This document shows, one piece after another, positions 47,497 to 53,121 of a stretch of DNA of 64,000 nucleotides. The stretch comes from Clostridia bacterium. GTDB taxonomy: Bacteria > Bacillota > Clostridia > Oscillospirales > CAG-272. Positions within the stretch are counted from its first letter, which is position 1. Each line of letters begins with the position of its first letter. The notes below the pieces were generated by a model. The model did no database searches and was not told where the DNA came from. It saw only the letters and a program-made list of their open reading frames with translations. Position numbers and translations under genes: made by a program. The stretch lies in NCBI GenBank assembly GCA_017547755.1, contig JAFYOX010000117.1, forward strand, positions 7,684 to 71,683, read 5' to 3'.

Positions 47497-47762
47497 AAAA
47501 AGACCCGGTTTCCCGCATCCGAACGAAAATTCTCCATAAAATCAGAGTGACCCTTGACCGTATCTTTCTTTACAAACACGATCAAGGGTCACTTATTTAT
47601 CTTGGTATCTAACATCTTTTGTAATCCTCACTTTCTGCTGACTGTCCGCTGTTTTCTTCAACTCACAGGAGACGCTTTTTGATCCACCGGACTTGTTTTG
47701 TTTGGATAAGTCCTGTACTTTATTCGTGCATCGGAGGTTTCCTCTCTTTCTTTTGTGACTAC

Positions 47763-47791
47763 ATTATATCACGGTTTTTCGGGAAATACAA
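47763..47791 (-). promoter_or_regulatory. Repeat-internal promoter TTGTAT-17-TATAAT (extended TG), copy A
   Basis: Reverse complement reads TTGTAT ttcccgaaaaaccgtga TATAAT. It points toward the left end of the repeat. Confidence 0.5.
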
Positions 47792-47864
47792 TTGGTAAAC
47801 TGTCGGAAAATTACAGAAAATTTTTGTGTGGAATGCAGAAAATTATATTTTATCAACTTTTTTG

Positions 47865-47894
47865 TTTACAAAACGGGGGATTCTGTGGTATAAT
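47865..47894 (+). promoter_or_regulatory. Repeat-internal outward promoter TTTACA-18-TATAAT (extended TG), copy A
   Basis: TTTACA aaacgggggattctgtgg TATAAT faces the right end of the repeat. In copy B the -10 is TAAAAT. Confidence 0.45.
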
Positions 47895-47923
47895 ATAACT
47901 GTTGCGGGTCTGCTGTGCCCGTG

Positions 47924-47955
47924 AAAAAACGCCGCTTTCTGAAACGGCGTTTTTT
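47924..47955. terminator. Bidirectional intrinsic terminator downstream of GH43 gene 2
   Basis: AAAAAACGCCGctttctgaaaCGGCGTTTTTT. Confidence 0.75.
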
Positions 47956-47981
47956 GCTGTGTATGATCGGACAGAGTACTG

Positions 47982-49445
47982 TCAGTTTCCGACTTCGCTG
48001 ACGGAAGTGCCGAACGCAGTCAGGCTGACCACACCGGGAGTGATGCCGTCCGGTGCGCCGAGGATCTGCAGACGGATGCCGTATGCGCGGACGTCCTCTT
48101 CGATCTCACGGTAGTCGATGCACAGATCTTCCGTATTTTCGGACGCATCCACCAGCATCCGCCAGTTCTGCAGGGACGGATCGGGTGCGTATTCGAGTAC
48201 ATAGCGGAACGGACCGGGCAGGATGCCGTCGAGGATCTCCATGCCGATATCGCGCCAGATCAGCCGTACAGCGCGGATATGATAACGGGTCGCGTGTCCG
48301 ATACGGCAGGTCAGCGTGGGGGAAGTATCGTTTTCCGCGGGCTGCCACCAGGTCAGAACGCTTTCGTCAAAGGCGTAGAGCGCATCGCGTCCGGGCGCCG
48401 CGCTTGTAGCCGACGGACGTTCCATGAACGTCAGCGGGAGCCAGCCCGCGTCGTTACCCTGTTCCGGATGCTGCAGAACGCCCGGTGCGAACTGCGGCAT
48501 TTCCGTTGTCGCGGGACAGTACAGTTCGCCGTTTTCATCGATGCCGACGGGGTCCATGCTGATGCGGCGTTCGTACATATGATTATAATTGAAGGTATTG
48601 GTGTAGAAGACCCACAGGGTGCCGTCGGGACCGTCGGTGAGACAGCCGTGACCTGCACCGCGGATGAGTCCGGTGCGCTTTTCCGTGAACGGACCGCGTT
48701 TCTGCGGACGGAAGCCGGACAACGGACCTTCGTCGGAGTACAGGATTCCGTTGGAATAGGTGCTGTACTCGGTGCCGCTTCCGGAATAGAGAAGGTAATA
48801 GCGGCTGCCGATCTTTTTCATCCACTGACCTTCGATCCAGCCCATGCGCGCGTTCTGGTGGTATTCGCCCATCCGCTGCCATTCGGCGGACGGATCAAAG
48901 CAATGGAGAATCACCGGTTCCGAGAGCATTTCCCACGGACGGTCGGGATTCATTTCCACGCCGGCGGTCGCGGTGAAATATTCCACGTCATCCGCTGGCG
49001 TTTTCGGCTTGCTTGCGTGCCAGTAGAAATACAGATGGTCGCCGTCCGCGAGGAAACAGCCGTCGGCAGGGAACTGGATCTGCCCGTGACAGTCGGTGAT
49101 GTGTCCGCAGACGGTGAAGGGACCGAGCGGATCGTCCGAGACATACAGCTCGGAGCGGCTGTGCGCATTGAGATACCACTTTCCGCGGAACTGTACCACG
49201 GCCGGACTGTACCGCAGATTCGGTACGCCGATGTCGGCGTGCTTCCAGTGGATGAAGTCCTCGGAAACGTACGCGACGGCATAGCTCGGGTACAGGATCC
49301 ATTTTCCGTCGTGCCAGACCACGCTCGGGTCGGAAACGGAACGGTAGTCCGTGATGCTGCGGAGATCGGCGCGGGTCTGCTCGGCATCCAGCCAGCGTCC
49401 TTCCGGAAGGTCGGTGATGGTGAGAGGATTGCAGTAGGTTTTCAT
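47982..49445 (-). CDS. GH43-like five-bladed-propeller glycoside hydrolase with C-terminal discoidin (F5/8 type C, CBM32-like) domain
   Basis: ORF track gives 47982..49592. The start is ATG 49445 (MKTYCNPLTI), downstream of its own consensus promoter. Motifs are SDPSVVWHDGKWILYPSY and GWIEGQWMKKIGSRYYLLYSGSG. The C-terminal ~140 aa have a discoidin-like pattern (TWWQP...RLIWRD...YGIRLQI). Confidence 0.65.
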   Translation of the reverse strand: MKTYCNPLTITDLPEGRWLDAEQTRADLRSITDYRSVSDPSVVWHDGKWILYPSYAVAYVSEDFIHWKHADIGVPNLRYSPAVVQFRGKWYLNAHSRSELYVSDDPLGPFTVCGHITDCHGQIQFPADGCFLADGDHLYFYWHASKPKTPADDVEYFTATAGVEMNPDRPWEMLSEPVILHCFDPSAEWQRMGEYHQNARMGWIEGQWMKKIGSRYYLLYSGSGTEYSTYSNGILYSDEGPLSGFRPQKRGPFTEKRTGLIRGAGHGCLTDGPDGTLWVFYTNTFNYNHMYERRISMDPVGIDENGELYCPATTEMPQFAPGVLQHPEQGNDAGWLPLTFMERPSATSAAPGRDALYAFDESVLTWWQPAENDTSPTLTCRIGHATRYHIRAVRLIWRDIGMEILDGILPGPFRYVLEYAPDPSLQNWRMLVDASENTEDLCIDYREIEEDVRAYGIRLQILGAPDGITPGVVSLTAFGTSVSEVGN

Positions 49446-49479
49446 GGGACGAACCATATCCTTTCGGTATTTTTTCTTC

Positions 49480-49508
49480 ATTATAACGTACATTCCGCAG
49501 ACTGTCAA
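49480..49508 (-). promoter_or_regulatory. Consensus promoter TTGACA-17-TATAAT for GH43 gene 2
   Basis: Reverse complement reads TTGACA gtctgcggaatgtacgt TATAAT. It lies between the gene start (49445) and repeat copy B, which begins 15 bp beyond the -35. Confidence 0.6.
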
Positions 49509-49523
49509 GGGAGTTTCAGGCAC

Positions 49524-49942
49524 AAAAAAAGACCCGGTTTCCCGCGTCCGAACGAAAATTCTCCATAAAATCAGAGTGACCCTTGACCGCATCTTTCTTT
49601 ACAAACACGATCAAGGGTCACTTATTTATCTTGGTATCTAACATCTTTTGTAATCCTCTCTTTCTGCTGACTGTCCGCTGTTTTCTTCAACTCACAGGAG
49701 ACGCTTTTTGATTCACCGGACTTGTTTTGTTTGGATAAGTCCTGTACTTTATTCGTACATCGGAGGTTTCCTCTCTTTCTTTTGTGGCTACATTATATCA
49801 CGGTTTTCACGGAAATGCAATTGGTAAACTGTTGAAAAATTACATAAAATTTTTGTGTGGAATGCAGAAAATTATATTTTATCAACTTTTTTGTTTACAA
49901 AACGAGGGATCCTGTGGTAAAATAATATTATTGCGGGTCTGC
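49524..49942 (+). repeat. 419-bp non-coding direct repeat, copy B
   Basis: See copy A. It has the same orientation. Differences are concentrated in the right-hand ~155 bp (14 of the 20 substitutions). Confidence 0.9.
49792..49820 (-). promoter_or_regulatory. Repeat-internal promoter TTGCAT-17-TATAAT (extended TG), copy B
   Basis: Reverse complement reads TTGCAT ttccgtgaaaaccgtga TATAAT. Confidence 0.5.
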
Positions 49943-49983
49943 GGAATCCGGTGGAAAACCCGCGGCAGCTTCCATAAAAAATG

Positions 49984-50020
49984 ACAGAGTATGTACGGGA
50001 TGCGTACATACTCTGTTTTG
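49984..50020 (-). terminator. Intrinsic terminator after the GH38 gene
   Basis: ACAGAGTATGTACgggatgcGTACATACTCTGT has T-runs on both strands and lies 22 nt below the GH38 stop. Confidence 0.75.
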
Positions 50021-50041
50021 ATTTTACCGGGAATCGGAAAA

Positions 50042-52888
50042 TTACTTGATGCGGATGGTAGCGAGTGCGAAGGGATCGATATCGAAGGAGATGGTCTTGC
50101 CGTTGAGTGCGCAGTCAGCGAGGACATGACGTTCGGTGATATCGACGATCTGTGCGCAGTTCGGTGCGGGAACGAGATCGGAGAGCGTGAGGGTGATCTT
50201 GCCGCCCTTGCCGGCATAGTCGGAAACACGGATGATGAAGCCGCCGTCTTCGCCGTTCTTGACGCCGGAGATCATGACGGAATCGAGGTTTTCATCGGCA
50301 AGCTTTGCAACGGAGCCGCACATCGGAAGGGTACCGCCGTTGTGCTTGACGCCCGCATTGAATGCAATCGGATGAACGTATTCGACAGCAAGACGCTTCT
50401 GTTCGTTTTCTTCGCAGACACCGACGCCGATGTTGATGTGGTGACGGCAGCGTTCGGGATCGTAGTCCGGGTCGTAGGATGCACGGATGAGGGTGACTGC
50501 ACCAGCGTTGTCATGACCGCGGAAGCCGTACTTGGTGTCGGTTACGAGGAATGCGGACGGAGCATCTGCCGCATTGTTGATTCTCATGAAGCTGTTGCCG
50601 GGAACGTCGTGCGGGATATCCGCGCGGTCAACGAAGCCGAACGGGATGTCGTACTTATAGTCCTTTGCGGCGTACGCAACGGGCAGGTAGAAGTTGAGCT
50701 GAGGAATGTAGTTGCCGGTGCCCTGGGAATCCCAGTCTGCCGCGCCGGTGCCGAGTTCGTTCCAGTCCACGTCAATGTGGAAGTTGATGATCTTGGATTC
50801 GCCGCGGAGTTCAGCGGTAACGTTGAGAGTGTTGCAGGCAAACTTGATTTCGTAGGTGAGGAAACGGCGCATGCCGGAAACATGGTAGCTCTTCAGGCGT
50901 ACTTCGTGGTCAACCGCATTGAGCGTTTCGATGCTCATGTACGGACCGACTCTCCAGGAGGTCATGCCGTACTTCGGATTTTCCTTGATGTAGCGGAAGA
51001 TCGCGGACGGCTTGTCCGGGGTAACGATCTTTTCGCCGGTCGCCTTGTCGGTGAGTTCCACCATAGCGAGGGTGTAGGGATCGAAGACTGCCTTGATCTT
51101 GGAGTTTTCGAGAACGCACGGAGTGTCGCCGTAGGTGTCACGCCAGCCGCCGGTCGCCGCAGATGCGATGTGACCGATGCCGTCGTAGCTCTTGAGGCTG
51201 AGGATGTAGGTGCTGTAGCCGAATGCCGGGATCTTCGCCTGGATAAGGAACTTGGTGAAAGCGTGTCCCCAGTAGCCGGAGCCGCTCTGAAGCACTTCGT
51301 GCGGGATCACGTTGCCGTACGCGTCGGTGAACTGTGCGATGGAGAGGTCGTAGCGGTAGTCCCATACGGTGATTTCGACAGCTTCTTCACGGTCATACAT
51401 GGTGCTGTTGAAGAGGTGGATCACACGGGTCTTGCCGCGTCCGCGTTCGGTCTGCGGGAACTGGTAGCCGCGGCTGTGTTCCACGCCGAAGCCGACGCCT
51501 GCACCTTCGGAATTGGTGAAGTTGTTTTCGTCGAAGGGAACGGAGGAAGTGTCGATTCTGTCCGCGATTTCACGCATTGCGCTGTTTGCGGAGATGTTGA
51601 TGCCGGCGAGAGAATCCTGGAAGCGTCCGAGAGCGTATTCACGGGTTTCGATGATACCGGAACCGGGAAGAATGTCGTGGAAGTGGTTGAAGAGAACGTT
51701 TTCCCAGGAATTCTTGAAGATTTCGGTACGGGTGGGAGCGCCGGTCAGCGCGGTGGAAGCCGCTGCGTAGAATTCGGATTCATATGCACGGTCTTCCGCG
51801 ATGCGGTTCGCCATCTTGACTCTGGTCTGGGTGGTGTAGCATCCGGTGAAGACGAAGTTGATTTCACGGTTGGTGATCGGGAAGTTTTCGCGGATGGTGT
51901 TGACGTCGTCGAAGAACTGATGGAGCGTGCCGAATACCAGCGTCGGGTAGAGCGGGAAGGTCATGTCGTCGATGAGACGTTCCACGTCGTTTCTGGTCGG
52001 TCCGCCGCCGTGGTCGCCGACACCGTAGAGGAACAGGTTCGCGTGGGAATTGTTCTTCTGGCAGAAGAGAGGCGTATCGATGAATTCGCAGACGCCGATG
52101 CTGCCGTTGTAGCTCTTGGAGTCACGGTATACGAGGACTTCCTTGCCGGACTTTGCCTTCCAGCGGTAAAGGTCGGGCTGGTCGTCGTTGGCTCTCATGT
52201 GGTAGTAATAGTCAATGCCGCCGTTCCGGTCGATTTCGGGGCAGTTCCAGTTGTGACCGAAGGTGTCGGGAGAGAAGTCGAGACGGATGGAGTCCGGATT
52301 GATGTCAAAGAGATCGGCGAGATAACGCTTGGTGTAAAGAATATGACGGGAGAGGGATTCGCCGTTGGGCATATTCTTGTCGGTTTCGGTCCATGCGGAC
52401 GCGGAGATTTCCCAGCGGCCTTCGTGGATGTGCGCCTTGATTTCGTCAATCATTTCGGGCGCGAACTTTTCAATGATGCGGTAGGTGGAAGCCTGGGACT
52501 GCGCGAAGGTGAAGTCCGGATATTCCTTCATGAGGTTGAGGATCGTACGGAAGGTGTCCACGGTGACGGACGCGGTTTCCTGGAAGCCCCACATCCAGTT
52601 CATGTCGATGTGTGCATGGGCAACACAGTATACCTTGAGGGACTTTGCGGCTTCGGAGAGATCCGCGAGGGATTCTTCCATTGCGAGAACGTTCGCCTTT
52701 ACGAGGGTGCCGTTTTCGTCGAGATTGGCGATGACTGCGTCAAGCGCTGCGGAAAGACGGTCGTCATAGCAGTTTGCACGGGTGGAAGAGAGGCATGCCA
52801 TATATGCCAGTTCGGCGTAGGCGCGCTGGGTCCAGTAATTGCTGCCGTGAACGGCCTGCAGCCGCTTCAGTTTGTCGATAAGAGTCAT
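50042..52888 (-). CDS. Glycoside hydrolase family 38 alpha-mannosidase
   Basis: ORF track gives 50042..52927. The start is ATG 52888 after AAGGAGGA. GH38 N-terminal metal motif is VAHAHIDMNWMW, followed by DTFGHNWN and GVGDHGGGPT. The protein is ~950 aa with no signal peptide. Confidence 0.9.
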   Translation of the reverse strand: MTLIDKLKRLQAVHGSNYWTQRAYAELAYMACLSSTRANCYDDRLSAALDAVIANLDENGTLVKANVLAMEESLADLSEAAKSLKVYCVAHAHIDMNWMWGFQETASVTVDTFRTILNLMKEYPDFTFAQSQASTYRIIEKFAPEMIDEIKAHIHEGRWEISASAWTETDKNMPNGESLSRHILYTKRYLADLFDINPDSIRLDFSPDTFGHNWNCPEIDRNGGIDYYYHMRANDDQPDLYRWKAKSGKEVLVYRDSKSYNGSIGVCEFIDTPLFCQKNNSHANLFLYGVGDHGGGPTRNDVERLIDDMTFPLYPTLVFGTLHQFFDDVNTIRENFPITNREINFVFTGCYTTQTRVKMANRIAEDRAYESEFYAAASTALTGAPTRTEIFKNSWENVLFNHFHDILPGSGIIETREYALGRFQDSLAGINISANSAMREIADRIDTSSVPFDENNFTNSEGAGVGFGVEHSRGYQFPQTERGRGKTRVIHLFNSTMYDREEAVEITVWDYRYDLSIAQFTDAYGNVIPHEVLQSGSGYWGHAFTKFLIQAKIPAFGYSTYILSLKSYDGIGHIASAATGGWRDTYGDTPCVLENSKIKAVFDPYTLAMVELTDKATGEKIVTPDKPSAIFRYIKENPKYGMTSWRVGPYMSIETLNAVDHEVRLKSYHVSGMRRFLTYEIKFACNTLNVTAELRGESKIINFHIDVDWNELGTGAADWDSQGTGNYIPQLNFYLPVAYAAKDYKYDIPFGFVDRADIPHDVPGNSFMRINNAADAPSAFLVTDTKYGFRGHDNAGAVTLIRASYDPDYDPERCRHHINIGVGVCEENEQKRLAVEYVHPIAFNAGVKHNGGTLPMCGSVAKLADENLDSVMISGVKNGEDGGFIIRVSDYAGKGGKITLTLSDLVPAPNCAQIVDITERHVLADCALNGKTISFDIDPFALATIRIK

Positions 52889-52960
52889 GAAATCCTCCTT
52901 GGAATGGTGATTGGTATTTTCGTACACAGGGGAACTCCGTTTTCCGCCGAAACCGACGGG

Positions 52961-52974
52961 ACGGAAATTTCCGT
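52961..52974. promoter_or_regulatory. Perfect 14-bp palindrome ACGGAAATTTCCGT at about +2..+15 of the GH38 promoter (candidate operator)
   Basis: It lies directly downstream of the -10 at 52983-52988 on the minus strand. Confidence 0.35.
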
Positions 52975-52982
52975 TTGGGTTA

Positions 52983-53010
52983 ATTATAACAGAAAAACCG
53001 CGGAAGTCAA
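52983..53010 (-). promoter_or_regulatory. Promoter TTGACT-16-TATAAT (extended TG) for the GH38 gene
   Basis: Reverse complement reads TTGACT tccgcggtttttctgt TATAAT. Confidence 0.5.
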
Positions 53011-53064
53011 GAGGCGAATATGGAGATAATACAAAAAATCAGCCGTGAAAACATCCGTAAAAAA

Positions 53065-53096
53065 GAAAAACCTTCCGGGTCGGAAGGTTTTCTTTC
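53065..53096 (-). terminator. Intrinsic terminator after the GH27-like gene
   Basis: GAAAAACCTTCCGggtCGGAAGGTTTTC has flanking A/T runs. Confidence 0.7.
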
Positions 53097-53121
53097 ATAT
53101 ATTCAAAGGATTCCGCACGGA

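Larger units (their letters stand above)
47495..47913 (+). repeat. 419-bp non-coding direct repeat, copy A
   Basis: It aligns to 49524-49942 at a constant offset of 2029 bp. My manual alignment gives 20 substitutions and no indels. It starts inside the stop codon of GH43 gene 1, is visibly AT-richer than its surroundings, and has no ORF conserved between copies. Confidence 0.9.

Noticed and set aside
47495-47791. The structured leader-like RNA in the 419-bp repeat as a T-box or other known riboswitch.
   Set aside because: A GGUGGAUC...AGCG stretch superficially recalls the T-box sequence. The canonical AAUUAGGGUGGUACCGCG box, the specifier-loop/K-turn layout and an aminoacyl-tRNA-related downstream gene are all absent. 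I could match no other riboswitch core by eye. It is kept as an unclassified candidate RNA instead.
47495-47913. Calling the 419-bp repeat a bona fide MITE or IS remnant.
   Set aside because: The terminal inverted match is only about 7 nt (AGACCCG / CGGGTCT). I see no target-site duplication at either copy and no transposase fragment. The evidence is too thin for a mobile_element call, so it is reported as a repeat with that hypothesis attached.
49784-49984. A 66-aa ORF inside repeat copy B (MATLYHGFHGNAIGKLLKNYIKF...), as a possible small protein encoded by the repeat.
   Set aside because: In copy A the same frame ends after 47 codons. Nearly all inter-copy substitutions in the frame change the amino acid (A/T, H/S, L/S, K/E, I/R, E/G, S/F...). 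The ORF has no RBS and spans the divergent promoter boxes. This pattern is not compatible with purifying selection on a protein.
49991-53029. A 1012-aa ORF on the plus strand, antisense to the GH38 gene. Similar very long antisense ORFs occur at 670-1683, 1541-2965, 3154-4455, 4856-6097, 18648-20738, 20777-22666, 23269-25092, 28212-30263, 39412-41631, 42673-44724, 53020-55020 and 61448-63583.
   Set aside because: These are shadow ORFs. Each lies exactly opposite a gene with clear family motifs. Their products are Arg/Gly/Val/Asp/His-rich with no motifs, RBS or promoter. The sense genes rarely use TTA, CTA and TCA codons, which removes stops from the codon-aligned antisense frame. Their length alone is not evidence of coding.
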